Below, piece by piece: positions 24,859 through 33,872 of a stretch of 64,000 nt of DNA (position 1 is its first letter; every line of letters begins with the position of its first letter). The position numbers and the translations under genes were made by a program. A model generated the notes under the pieces. The model searched no databases. It was not told where the DNA came from and saw only the letters and a program-made list of their open reading frames with translations. The stretch spans positions 26,868 through 90,867 of the forward strand of contig JACPBV010000004.1 in NCBI GenBank assembly GCA_016180135.1, given 5' to 3'. Source of the stretch: Candidatus Woesearchaeota archaeon (GTDB lineage: Archaea > Nanobdellota > Nanobdellia > Woesearchaeales > JACPBV01).

Positions 24859-24955
24859 AAATGCAAACATTTAATCATTCTCCTGCTAATCGGATTTTTT
24901 TTTTGAATGCAAATATTTAATGATTCTCTGGATGGTGGTGGCCGGATTTCGTTTA
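24859..24955 (+). repeat. degenerate family-D-like element (D3), adjacent to A1
   Basis: aaatgcaaacatttaatcattctc and gaatgcaaatatttaatgattctc resemble the D 5-prime end aaatgcaaatattcc. ggtggccggatttcgttt resembles the D 3-prime end ggtggtcggatttctttt. Confidence 0.35.
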
Positions 24956-24988
24956 ATCTTTCTATGCTAAATGCTTCTTCTACTTGCC

Positions 24989-25789
24989 TTATTTTCCTTC
25001 TTCCCGCATAAGCTCCCTGACAGTCATTGGCATCATCCCTTGGGTTATGCACCACTGGACAAATTCCTCAAATTTCTTAACAAATGGCTGCCCGGTTTTT
25101 CTGACAACAAGCGATGGATGCACAGCAAACCCGGACACATTGATGAACTCCCACGGATGGAAATAAAGGTTAAGATACCCCCCACTAATAAGCGAAAGCC
25201 TCGAACACGCCTTTGCATATGCTAACGGCATATTCCTCAGCCATATCCATGAAAAAGGCAGCCTCAATAACGGGCTTACTGATACCGGAATCACAGTTAT
25301 GCCTTCAGTAGTATGAATTTTTCTCGTCTTGAAAAAAAGATTGTAGTGCCCGGGAATATATGTTGGATGGTAAGAGCTGTCATAAAGTAACCCTAACCTC
25401 CCCAGGACGGGGTAGGGCGGGCGTGACATCTGCGGAGCCCGGAACGAAACAACCTTCATACCGGCAATCCCCTCGAGCTTTTCCTTTGCCTTATGCAGCC
25501 GTGCATAAGCCTCTTCTTCTTTCATCTTCCCATACCTGTCTTTATGCGAGTATCCATGCAGCCCTATCTCATGCCCCCGGGCAATTGCTTTTTTCATAAG
25601 CTCAGGGCAATATGCGGCAAACTCAGCTGTTGTAAAGAGCGTCGCTTTGCAGCCATTCCTCTCTAATATCCTCAGGATCTGCTGGAATCCTTTCTTGCTG
25701 ATCTCCATGCAGACTTCCATCGGAACCTGAAGCCCAAACTCATTGGCGATAAACTCTTCGAGGTCAAAAGTCAGGAGCAGGTATTTCAT
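24989..25789 (-). CDS. polysaccharide deacetylase family protein (NodB-like / DUF3473-type)
   Basis: LLTFDLEEF...ATLFTTAEFAAYCPELMKKAIARGHEIGLHGYSH has the TFD and H-x-x-H style motifs. Confidence 0.8.
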   Translation of the reverse strand: MKYLLLTFDLEEFIANEFGLQVPMEVCMEISKKGFQQILRILERNGCKATLFTTAEFAAYCPELMKKAIARGHEIGLHGYSHKDRYGKMKEEEAYARLHKAKEKLEGIAGMKVVSFRAPQMSRPPYPVLGRLGLLYDSSYHPTYIPGHYNLFFKTRKIHTTEGITVIPVSVSPLLRLPFSWIWLRNMPLAYAKACSRLSLISGGYLNLYFHPWEFINVSGFAVHPSLVVRKTGQPFVKKFEEFVQWCITQGMMPMTVRELMREEGK

Positions 25790-26823
25790 TTTCCCAGCAC
25801 CTCAAGGATTGCATCGGCAAATGACTGGACATCAGCTGCCCCTGCATGCCTTCCATCCTTTAAGGTCACAAGCCTCCCTTCCTTCAGGACTTCCCTGTGC
25901 GATCCGACGTCAAAGGCCACAGCAGGCCTGCCGCAGGCAGCTGCCTCCGCAATGGGGATGTCAAACCCTTCCCAGAGTGATGCAGTCACATAGGCGTCGC
26001 ATGCAGCATAATACGCAGGCAGCTCAGTATCGGGAACAAACCCTGCAAAGATAATGCCCGGTGCTGCCATCTCCTGAAGTTTCCTTGTGTAGGCCGGAAA
26101 GGTATGCTTCCCGATGATGATTAGCTTTACCGCAGGCTTTTTTCCCTGGACAATCTTGAATGCATCTATCAGGAGGTGGATCCCTTTATGTGGGCTGATT
26201 CTTCCGACGTAAAGCAATATCCGCTCCTGCCTGCCGATGCCGTGGATCTTCCTGACAGCGCTCCCGTCAGTCCCTTTGTGGAACCTTCTGGCATCTACAG
26301 GAACATACTCCACTCTGCTGGCAATGCCCGTCTCCCGCTCAAATTCCGCCTGGAGAAATTTTGAGATCGAGATAGCAGTATCGCACTTCTTTGCATAATG
26401 GTTATTCAGCGCATTGAACATTGTAAGGTAGAGCTTTTCAAAAAACGAATACGTATCGGTGATGCCAACGCCTGCATGATGATAAATATATTCAACTTTG
26501 GGATTCAGCCGTTTTGCGGAAGCTGCAAGCAGGGTCATCGGATACAGGTGTGCGATAATCCGGTCATAAGCGCTGAGTTTCCTTGCGTAAGCCCTCACAA
26601 TAGGGAAGTCTAAAAACATCAGAAGCCGGTAGATCCTCTGCCAGAAAGGCTTTTTCGGCATCCCCAGGATAACCACTTTAGCCCCTTTTGGCTTGATGCT
26701 CCCGTCGAGAGTGAACACATCGACAGTATGCCCTTCTTTCACAAGCTGCAGAGCCTGCTGCTCGACCAGCCGGTCTATGCCGGAATACTCAAAGAATGTT
26801 GGCGTCAGGATGGCGATTTTCAT
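25786..26823 (-). CDS. glycosyltransferase family 4
   Basis: MKIAILTPTFFEYSGIDRLV... ILLYVGRISPHKGIHLLIDAF...ACDAYVTASLWEGFDIPIAEAAACGRPAVAFDVGSHREV. Confidence 0.85.
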   Translation of the reverse strand: MKIAILTPTFFEYSGIDRLVEQQALQLVKEGHTVDVFTLDGSIKPKGAKVVILGMPKKPFWQRIYRLLMFLDFPIVRAYARKLSAYDRIIAHLYPMTLLAASAKRLNPKVEYIYHHAGVGITDTYSFFEKLYLTMFNALNNHYAKKCDTAISISKFLQAEFERETGIASRVEYVPVDARRFHKGTDGSAVRKIHGIGRQERILLYVGRISPHKGIHLLIDAFKIVQGKKPAVKLIIIGKHTFPAYTRKLQEMAAPGIIFAGFVPDTELPAYYAACDAYVTASLWEGFDIPIAEAAACGRPAVAFDVGSHREVLKEGRLVTLKDGRHAGAADVQSFADAILEVLGK

Positions 26824-26853
26824 TGTTGAGTCAGCATCTCCCTGCGGGCGGTT

Positions 26854-27003
26854 AAATGCAAATATTCCACCAGTCTTTGACTGGTGGTTGACGCTCGATT
26901 AGACGTTGGGAATATTTGCCTTCTCAGAAATCCGACCCGAGCGACCGAAGGGAGCGAGCAATCCCCCCCGTCTGTGACGGGGGGTGGTCGGATTTCTTTT
27001 GAA
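26854..27003 (+). repeat. family-D two-domain structured repeat, copy D1 (~150 nt)
   Basis: Domain 1 is gcaaatattcc/ggaatatttgc enclosing ccaccagtc-ttt-gactggtgg. Domain 2 is agaaatccgacc/ggtcggatttct enclosing cgagcgaccgaagggagcgagc and ccccccgtc-tgt-gacgggggg. Confidence 0.7.
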
Positions 27004-27058
27004 GTGTCTCCTCTGCCCTCCGCCAGAGATAAGAGGGGCGCCGCAGTAAAACCTCCAG

Positions 27059-27628
27059 CTATTTTTTTAGCCTGCACCGGACGACGAGAGACTGCCCGAA
27101 GAGCCTGCTGGAGATAAACGGAACTCTAATCACAGGAATAAATCCTCTGTTAAAGGTGATTTTCTCGATGGTGAAAAAATCGGGGAGCTGCCAGAGGAAG
27201 AAGGGGTTGACGTGGTGGGGCTGCTCCCGTGCATTGAATTCGATGAACTTGTTCCGGAAAAGATACAGCGCCCGGTTGAAGAGATTATTGATATTAGGGG
27301 TCGAAAATACAAATATTCCGCCGTTCTTCAGGATTCTCTTTACTTCTCTGAAGAAATGATACTTGTTTTCCAGATGCTCAACAACTTCTGTGGAGATTGC
27401 CGCATCAAAGCTCCCGTCAGGATAATCTATGCTCTTGTTGAAATCCATAATCTTTGCTTTTCCGTCAAAATTATCAGCAAGGTCGCAGTAGCTCACATGG
27501 GTAAACCCTTTCTTCCAGAGCTCAGTCACAATAAACCCCCGTCCGCAGCCAAGATCCACTATCTTTTTCTCCCTTCCGACATCGTCAAGAAGCCCCAGTG
27601 CAGCCTCATAAGTCCCCGGATACGCCAT
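27059..27628 (-). CDS. class I SAM-dependent methyltransferase
   Basis: IVDLGCGRGFIVTELWKKGFTHVSYCDL and GGIFVFSTPN are present. Confidence 0.75.
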   Translation of the reverse strand: MAYPGTYEAALGLLDDVGREKKIVDLGCGRGFIVTELWKKGFTHVSYCDLADNFDGKAKIMDFNKSIDYPDGSFDAAISTEVVEHLENKYHFFREVKRILKNGGIFVFSTPNINNLFNRALYLFRNKFIEFNAREQPHHVNPFFLWQLPDFFTIEKITFNRGFIPVIRVPFISSRLFGQSLVVRCRLKK

Positions 27629-27688
27629 GCTGCTGAAATTTCAGCAATGTTTAAAAAGGTTCCTCTATTCGAAGAATAAGGAAAAATC

Positions 27689-27987
27689 GTATGTATTAAG
27701 CTCCGGCAAGAGCGGCTCTGCCATCCTAATGTCAAAAACTGTTGTTTTTGAGCATGCTCAGAAATCGTAACTATTATAATAAGATATGACGATTTCTGAC
27801 AGGTCAAAACTCAACTGTCTAACTGAATCACGCTCGTAGTGGGGGGATGCCCCCTCGGGGACACAGAGCCCCTGCCAAATCAGTCAAGAGTTTTGAAAAC
27901 CCTAAGAAGCGAAGTTTCGTGGGTGCCAATAATGCGCAAGCATTATTAAGCATGGCAGAGGCGCTCCAAGGGGAGCTTAATACATAC
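27689..27987. mobile_element. family-B element, copy B3 (299 nt), carrying two nested insertions
   Basis: Same 16-bp inverted repeat and core as B1. Perfect 8-bp flanking duplication gaaaaatc (27681-27688 and 27988-27995). Relative to B1 there are extra segments of about 70 nt in the 5-prime arm and about 55 nt in the 3-prime arm. Confidence 0.8.
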
Positions 27988-28000
27988 GAAAAATCACAAA

Positions 28001-28990
28001 ATGGCGCAGAAAAAAGCCCTTATAACAGGAATCACCGGCCAGGACGGCTCGTATTTGGCAGAATTGCTCCTGAAGAAAGGCTATCAGGTCTTTGGGATGT
28101 TCAGGCGCTCGAGCAATGACCCCTTTGACAGGATCAGAAATATCCTGGGAAAAATTCAGGTTATGGGCGGCGACCTCACGGACCAGGCCTCAATGCTTGA
28201 GATCATCAAAAAAGTTCATCCCGACGAAGTCTATAATCTTGCTGCGCAGAGTTTTGTCCCGACGTCCTGGGAGCAGCCCATCCTCACGGGAGAGGTGACT
28301 GCTTTGGGCGTTACCAGGATTCTCGAAGCGATCAGGCACGTTGACCCTAAGATCAAGTTTTACAATGCCGCATCCAGCGAGATGTTCGGCAAGGTCACCC
28401 AGACGCCTCAGAATGAGTCCACTCCCTTTTATCCGAGAAGCCCCTATGGTGTCTCAAAGGTCTATGGGTTTTACATCACAAAAAATTACCGGGAAAGCTA
28501 CGGGATGTTTGCCGTCAACGGTATCCTCTTCAATCACGAAAGCCCGAGGCGTGGCCTGCAGTTTGTGACGAGGAAGATCTCTCACGGTGTTGCATGCATC
28601 AAGCTTGGCCTTCAGAAAGAGCTCCTGCTCGGCAATCTGGATGCGAAGCGTGACTGGGGATATGCCCCTGAATACACTGAAGCGATGCATCTGATGATGC
28701 AGCATAAGCATCCCGAGGATTTTGTCATTGCCACCGGAGAGATGCACAGCGTCAGGGAATTCTGCGAGGCAGCATTCACCCACGCCGGCCTTGACTACAG
28801 AGATTATGTAAAAACAGACCCATTATTCCTCAGACCCGCAGAAGTCGACCTTCTTGTTGGCGATATCTCAAAAGCCAAAAAGCTCTTGGGCTGGCAGCCA
28901 AAAGTGAAGTGCAGAGAATTGGCAGAGCTGATGGTTGATGCGGATTTGGCTCTGATGAAGGGCGCCCACAAACCCCAAAGTCTTTCTTAA
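28001..28990 (+). CDS. gmd: GDP-mannose 4,6-dehydratase
   Basis: [44 protein letters not shown] and NHESPRRG are hallmark Gmd motifs. Confidence 0.93.
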   Translation: MAQKKALITGITGQDGSYLAELLLKKGYQVFGMFRRSSNDPFDRIRNILGKIQVMGGDLTDQASMLEIIKKVHPDEVYNLAAQSFVPTSWEQPILTGEVTALGVTRILEAIRHVDPKIKFYNAASSEMFGKVTQTPQNESTPFYPRSPYGVSKVYGFYITKNYRESYGMFAVNGILFNHESPRRGLQFVTRKISHGVACIKLGLQKELLLGNLDAKRDWGYAPEYTEAMHLMMQHKHPEDFVIATGEMHSVREFCEAAFTHAGLDYRDYVKTDPLFLRPAEVDLLVGDISKAKKLLGWQPKVKCRELAELMVDADLALMKGAHKPQSLS

Positions 28991-29078
28991 GTTCAATTCT
29001 AAACCTAATCTTATCATTTTAGGCTTCATCCCCTGACGTTAGGGAAATGAAGGCTAGCGCACAATAAACGTTTTTTTT

Positions 29079-29230
29079 GAAAATTTCAACAACATCGGCG
29101 AGGCGAGGGAGGGCCGCCCTCCGTCCGCAGACCGGAACGCTGGATTATCCCTCCGTCCGCAGACCGGAACGCTGGATTATCCCTCCGTCCGCAGACCGGA
29201 ACGCTTTTTTTTCCCTCCGTCCGTTTTCTC
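29079..29230 (+). repeat. family-A element, copy A3: 5-prime half only, followed by tandem expansion
   Basis: It starts gaaaatttcaacaacatcggcgaggcgaggg as other A copies do, then runs into 32-nt tandem units. No gttgttgaaattttc 3-prime arm is present. Confidence 0.6.
29117..29223 (+). repeat. perfect 32-nt tandem repeat (ccctccgtccgcagaccggaacgctggattat), 2 full units plus 24-nt and 11-nt partial units
   Basis: Units read directly at 29117-29148, 29149-29180 and 29181-29204, then T8, then ccctccgtccg. Confidence 0.9.
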
Positions 29231-29258
29231 AGAACTAAGCCAACAGGTATCAGCAAGA

Positions 29259-29266
29259 TTTATATA
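29259..29266 (+). promoter_or_regulatory. TATA-like box (tttatata) 24-31 nt upstream of the ATG at 29290
   Basis: Position and composition. Confidence 0.45.
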
Positions 29267-29289
29267 ACCTCCCCGACCTGATTCAGTGA

Positions 29290-30507
29290 ATGAAACCTGA
29301 TATGATGAGGCATATTGACAGATGGGCAGGCATCCCGTTATGCTTCCTTTTTTCAGTCCTCAACAGTATCGGGCGCCTCATCCGGGTAAGGAATCTTCCA
29401 AAAAACTTCAGGCCGAAAAACATCCTTTTTATCGAGCTCTCGGAGATGGGAAGCACCGTCCTTGCCTACAGCGCTATGAAAAAAGCCAAAGAGCTTTTCA
29501 GCGCAAACCTCTTTTTCATGATCTTCAGGGAAAATGCGGAAAGCGTGAAGCTGTTGGGCATCATCCCGAAAGAAAACATCATCACGGTCAGGAGCAAAAA
29601 TATCTTTGCATTGGCTTGGGACACCCTCGCTGCCATCATAAAGATGCGCAGGAAAGGCATTGACACCGTCGTTGATCTGGAGCTCTTTTCACGCTTCACT
29701 TCCCTGCTCAGCTATTTTTCCGGCGCTAAGGCAGTTTCCGGCTTTTACAAATACCACATGGAAGGGCTGTATCGTGGAAATTTCCAGACTCACAAAGTCC
29801 AATACAACCCATTCTACCATATCAGCCAGAGCTTTGTGGCCCTCGTGTATGCCCTTGCAGAAGACCCTCGCCAGCAGGTGCCTCTCCTCAAGAGGGCAAT
29901 CCCCTTATCGGAGATTGTCGCCTGCAGTAAGCCATCTTCTCATCAGGAAAAGAAAAGGCTGCTTGCAAAGCTGCAGCATAGTAATCCAGGCATCAGCGAA
30001 AAATCAAATATAATCCTTCTCAACCCCAATGCCTCCCAGCTTCTTCCCCTAAGGAAGTGGCCGATAGAAAATTTCAAACAGCTGGCAAAAAAACTGCTCC
30101 ATGCCCCAGACACCTTCGTCATCATAACGGGCGTAGCTTCAGAAAAGCCCGACGCAGAAGCAATCTGCAGGTATGTCGCCAGCGACAGATGCATTGACTT
30201 TACCGGCCAGACAACATTAAGCGAGCTCATCTGCTTGTTCAATATCGGCAAAGCCCTAATAACCAATGATTCCGGTCCAGCGCATTTTGCCTCCCTCACC
30301 CAAATCAAAATTTTTGTCTTCTTCGGCCCTGAAACCCCTGCCCTCTACAGGCCGTTAAGCGCAAACTGCACGCCTCTTTACAGCAATTTTGCGTGCTCCC
30401 CCTGTGTCTCAGCCTTCAACCACAGAAAGACACCATGCGCCGATAATAAGTGCCTCCAGGCGATTAGCGTTGAGGATGTTTTTGAGAAAGTGAAGAAAAA
30501 TCTGTAG
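29290..30507 (+). CDS. glycosyltransferase family 9 (heptosyltransferase-like)
   Basis: ILLNPNASQLLPLRKWPIENFKQLAKKLL...FVIITGVASEKPDAEAI...FTGQTTLSELICLFNIGKALITNDSGPAHFASL matches the GT9 C-terminal pattern. Confidence 0.75.
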   Translation: MKPDMMRHIDRWAGIPLCFLFSVLNSIGRLIRVRNLPKNFRPKNILFIELSEMGSTVLAYSAMKKAKELFSANLFFMIFRENAESVKLLGIIPKENIITVRSKNIFALAWDTLAAIIKMRRKGIDTVVDLELFSRFTSLLSYFSGAKAVSGFYKYHMEGLYRGNFQTHKVQYNPFYHISQSFVALVYALAEDPRQQVPLLKRAIPLSEIVACSKPSSHQEKKRLLAKLQHSNPGISEKSNIILLNPNASQLLPLRKWPIENFKQLAKKLLHAPDTFVIITGVASEKPDAEAICRYVASDRCIDFTGQTTLSELICLFNIGKALITNDSGPAHFASLTQIKIFVFFGPETPALYRPLSANCTPLYSNFACSPCVSAFNHRKTPCADNKCLQAISVEDVFEKVKKNL

Positions 30508-30530
30508 CCCAATAAATGGCGTATTTCTTT

Positions 30531-30655
30531 TTCTCAAATAATCGAGTTACCCCTACACTTTAAACGGTCTCTGATTTTTGTAGGGGTAACCGCCATTGGC
30601 AAGGGTGCAATCCCCAATTGCGCTAACCCTGGCAAAAGCGAAATTTTGAACCTAG
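30531..30655. repeat. hairpin-rich intergenic element (E), partly related to family C
   Basis: Hairpins are gttacccctaca...tgtaggggtaac and gcaat-cccca-attgc. The 3-prime end aagcgaaattttgaacc resembles the family-C end aagcgagattttgaacgg. Confidence 0.35.
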
Positions 30656-30705
30656 CTTCCTTCCACAACAAAGCTTATTAACCAAAAAGAAACACGGGAA
30701 ATAAA

Positions 30706-32274
30706 ATGGGAATTAACCCTAAGCTCGAAGGGCTTCTTGTAACCCTGCTCTACTTCACCGCTCTTTACTTCTGGACGCTCCCTATCCAGAAAAGCCCTTT
30801 GCCCTACGGTGAGGTCGATGCTGCATCCCACTATGCTGTTGCTGAATTCACCTTATGGCAGGGCCGCTCGATTACCCTCCTGCCCCATTATATCGATGTA
30901 AGATACGGCGACGACAATGTCTACCAAAACCACGTCCTCTGGTATCCCCCGCCGTTCCATACCGGCCTGGCGTTAGGCGGCTTTTTTGGAGCTCCTAATC
31001 AGGGAATCTATATCGCAAATGCGCTCTTCTCAACGCTGATCATCCTGAGCGTTTATTTCCTGATGCGGAATCTCTATGGGATCCTCATCGCATTGCTCTC
31101 CTCTTTTTTCCTCATGTTCTCCATGCGTGACATCCTCACTTTTCTTTGGGGCCAGTGGCCGGAGCGCATGGGCTTTGCGTTTATCCCCCTTGTTCTGTGG
31201 TGCCTGTATGCATACTACTCTTCAATAAAGGAAAAAACGCCGAAGAGCAGCTACCTATACCTCATAGCGGTTTTCCTTGCCTCCGCCCTGTTCATCCATC
31301 CGATGGCCTTCTTCCATGCTCTCGCTGCCATCAGTGTTTTGTCTGTCTTCTTCCTGCTCAGGGAGAAGAGATTTTTTTTCAGCCTCAGGCATATTGTATT
31401 CTCTTCCTTGGTTTTCCTTATCATCATCTCAGTCTTCCCCGACCAGACCCTCAATGTGTTTGCAACCCTCAAGTCCGAGAGGACAGACGAGCCCGGCAAA
31501 GGGGATTTTTCAAGGCTGTTCCGATGGTTCAAAGCCCAGGAAAATGCAGGCGTTCCCGAAGAATACTTCTCTTACCGGGCGATGATCGGCCCCGTATGGA
31601 CAATCCCCATAATCCTCATCGCAGTAATCTTCCTTTTGCTGAGAAGATCTCCCAAAGACCTTGTCATGCTCGCCTGGCTCGTCAGCTTATACATCATGCT
31701 TCATCTTGATTTTATCGGCAAAGGCAGAGTCCACCGCTCACTGTCAGCAACAGCCCATCTTTTTTATCCCTTGATCGTTCTCGGCATATGGTTCTTGCTC
31801 AACTCCATCCCTGTTAAAGGCCGTCTGAAAGCTATCCTGAAATACGGCCTCTTATCGCTCTTCGCAGTTTTCCTGGCGCTCGCAGTCGCCCCTCCTGCCT
31901 TCACAGCATTAAGCTCCTCTTATCAGGGAGTTAACAGGCTCAACCCTTCCCAATACGAAATTGCCCAATGGCTGAAATCAGGCGAAGGCATGGCCATGCT
32001 GCCGGAAACTTCAAGGATTTACCATCTTGGGTCAGTGTCCCTCGCAAAATCAAGATGGCTGTCTATGGCGGGCCACCACGAATTCCTTTTTGAGCCGAAC
32101 AAGTCTCCGAAAGATGCAAACGCATCGCACGTTGCAGTTGACACCTCAGACTTTGCGTTGGCTGGCAGGCAGGACTTAGTCCAGCAGCTTGAAGCGCTCG
32201 AGCGGCAGTCTTTTGCCAACCAAACTTCCCTCTACAATAAAAACGGCATCAGGGTGTATCAAGTTGGAAGCTGA
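30706..32274 (+). CDS. polytopic membrane protein, GT-C-like (putative glycosyltransferase)
   Basis: 522 aa with more than 10 TM segments. The first-loop motif YGEVDAASHYAVAEF parallels those of the ORFs at 4271 and 34243. Confidence 0.45.
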   Translation: MGINPKLEGLLVTLLYFTALYFWTLPIQKSPLPYGEVDAASHYAVAEFTLWQGRSITLLPHYIDVRYGDDNVYQNHVLWYPPPFHTGLALGGFFGAPNQGIYIANALFSTLIILSVYFLMRNLYGILIALLSSFFLMFSMRDILTFLWGQWPERMGFAFIPLVLWCLYAYYSSIKEKTPKSSYLYLIAVFLASALFIHPMAFFHALAAISVLSVFFLLREKRFFFSLRHIVFSSLVFLIIISVFPDQTLNVFATLKSERTDEPGKGDFSRLFRWFKAQENAGVPEEYFSYRAMIGPVWTIPIILIAVIFLLLRRSPKDLVMLAWLVSLYIMLHLDFIGKGRVHRSLSATAHLFYPLIVLGIWFLLNSIPVKGRLKAILKYGLLSLFAVFLALAVAPPAFTALSSSYQGVNRLNPSQYEIAQWLKSGEGMAMLPETSRIYHLGSVSLAKSRWLSMAGHHEFLFEPNKSPKDANASHVAVDTSDFALAGRQDLVQQLEALERQSFANQTSLYNKNGIRVYQVGS

Positions 32275-32305
32275 AACCCTTCATCAGGAAACTGTCAAAA
32301 ATAAG

Positions 32306-32620
32306 GTGGCAGATGCAAAGCTCTTCGGGCTTATCTTTTTATTGATCGCCGTCTTCTCAACGTTCGCCTTTGGAGTTTCCGGCTTTAAAACTATCATGGG
32401 AATAATTTTTGCTTTCTTCCTCCCAGCATACCTTATTCTCAAAAAAAGCGCCTTTTCCGAAAACGAGAAATTATTTTTTTCAATTTTCCTAGGCGCAGTC
32501 CTTTTTCCCGCCTTAATCTATTGGCCTGCCGTCATCATGCCGTTGAAGGCAGCTGTTCCCTTAGTATTTCTGCTTGTCTCAGGAGCGGGATTAATTTTTC
32601 TTCTGAAATCAAAGAAATAG
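32306..32620 (+). CDS. small 3-4 TM membrane protein paired with the upstream GT-C-like gene
   Basis: The ORF-track frame 32189-32620 overlaps the upstream gene by 86 nt. GTG at 32306 is a plausible start, but the start is uncertain. Sequence: ...FLPAYLILKKSAFSENEKLFFSIFLGAVLFPAL.... Confidence 0.4.
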   Translation: MADAKLFGLIFLLIAVFSTFAFGVSGFKTIMGIIFAFFLPAYLILKKSAFSENEKLFFSIFLGAVLFPALIYWPAVIMPLKAAVPLVFLLVSGAGLIFLLKSKK

Positions 32621-32627
32621 TTTCTTC

Positions 32628-32791
32628 GTATTTGTTTAGCATCCTAAGATCGAAACGCTTCTGGGCTTACCGTTGGGTCCGTCGCGGGGGCCGCCCTCCT
32701 TCCCGAAGGGACAGGAACGTTTTTCCACCCCTACGGGGACGCAGGACATCCATATCTCCCGTCGAGCGTTTCGAAGATGCTAAACAAATAC
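32628..32791. mobile_element. family-F long-hairpin MITE-like element (164 nt), related to family B
   Basis: 16-bp perfect inverted repeat gtatttgtttagcatc / gatgctaaacaaatac. Perfect 8-bp flanking duplication gtttcttc (32620-32627, 32792-32799). The core is cacccctacggggacgcagg. Confidence 0.8.
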
Positions 32792-32861
32792 GTTTCTTCA
32801 GGAAAATCAGGAATTTCCCCTCAAAACAAAAAGCCCCAAACCCCCCAATCCGAAAAAAGAA

Positions 32862-33800
32862 TCAGTTTTTCAGCAGCCTTCTGAAATAACTGATTGTCTC
32901 CCGCAGCCCATCATCCAGCTCTACCTTTGGCTCCCATCCAAGCTTCTCTTTTGCCAGGGAGATATCAGGGTTCCTCCTTTCAGGGTCATCTTCAGGCAGC
33001 GGCTTGAAGGAAATCTTTGATGTTGAGCCCGCTAAAGATATTATCTTTTCCGCAAGCTCAAGGATGGTGAGCTCATGGGGATTCCCCAGATTCACAGGGC
33101 CGATAAAATCAATAGTATTGTCCATCATGGTTATCATTCCGTCGACGAGGTCAGCGGCAAAGCAGAAGCTCCTGGTCTGCTTTCCCTTGCCGTAGATGGT
33201 TATCGGCTCATTCCGGAGCGCCTGCACGATGAAGTTAGACACAACCCTCCCGTCATCCATCGCCATGTTTGGCCCGTAGGTATTGAAGATCCTCACGATC
33301 CTGATCGGAATCTTATGCTCACGGTGGTAATCCATCATAAAGGTCTCCGCCACCCTCTTCCCTTCGTCATAGCACGCCCGTGGCCCGAGCATATTGACAT
33401 TGCCCGGGTATTTTTCAGTCTGGGGATGCACAGCAGGGTTCCCATAGACTTCAGATGTTGAAGCCTGCAGTATTTTTGCCCTGCACCTTTTTGCTATCCC
33501 GAGCATATGGAACATCCCTACCGTCGAAGTAAGCAGCGTCTTGATGGGGTCGAACTGGTAATGTTTCGGAGACGCCGGGCATGCCAGATTATAGATCTCA
33601 TCAACTTCCAGAACAATCGGCTGGATAATATCGTGCCTGGCCACCTCAAAATCTTTGTTCCCCATAAGATGGTTGATATTCCTCTGGCTCCCGGTAAAGA
33701 AATTGTCCAGGCAGATGACATGGCTGCCCTTCTTCAGGAGCGCTTCGCAGAGATGGCTGCCGATAAACCCTGCCCCGCCAGTGACCAAGATTGTTTTCAT
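32862..33800 (-). CDS. uxs: UDP-glucuronate decarboxylase (UDP-xylose synthase)
   Basis: [48 protein letters not shown] and YDEGKRVAE are all typical UXS motifs. Confidence 0.9.
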   Translation of the reverse strand: MKTILVTGGAGFIGSHLCEALLKKGSHVICLDNFFTGSQRNINHLMGNKDFEVARHDIIQPIVLEVDEIYNLACPASPKHYQFDPIKTLLTSTVGMFHMLGIAKRCRAKILQASTSEVYGNPAVHPQTEKYPGNVNMLGPRACYDEGKRVAETFMMDYHREHKIPIRIVRIFNTYGPNMAMDDGRVVSNFIVQALRNEPITIYGKGKQTRSFCFAADLVDGMITMMDNTIDFIGPVNLGNPHELTILELAEKIISLAGSTSKISFKPLPEDDPERRNPDISLAKEKLGWEPKVELDDGLRETISYFRRLLKN

Positions 33801-33872
33801 GAAAAGAAAGATTCCCCCGTTGTTTAAAAAGATTGCTGGGATTTAAGATGTAATCTCGGGATGCCAATACTT

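Noticed and set aside
27976-27986. Annotating the end of element B3 (cttaatacata) as the gmd TATA box
   Set aside because: Its centre is only ~20 nt from the ATG, shorter than the ~26-27 nt expected for a leaderless transcript. It is kept as a hypothesis in the findings rather than as a feature.
29117-29223. Possible CRISPR array (32-nt repeats)
   Set aside because: The units are directly adjacent, with no spacers. No cas genes are present in the window. The unit is a submodule of the family-A repeat.
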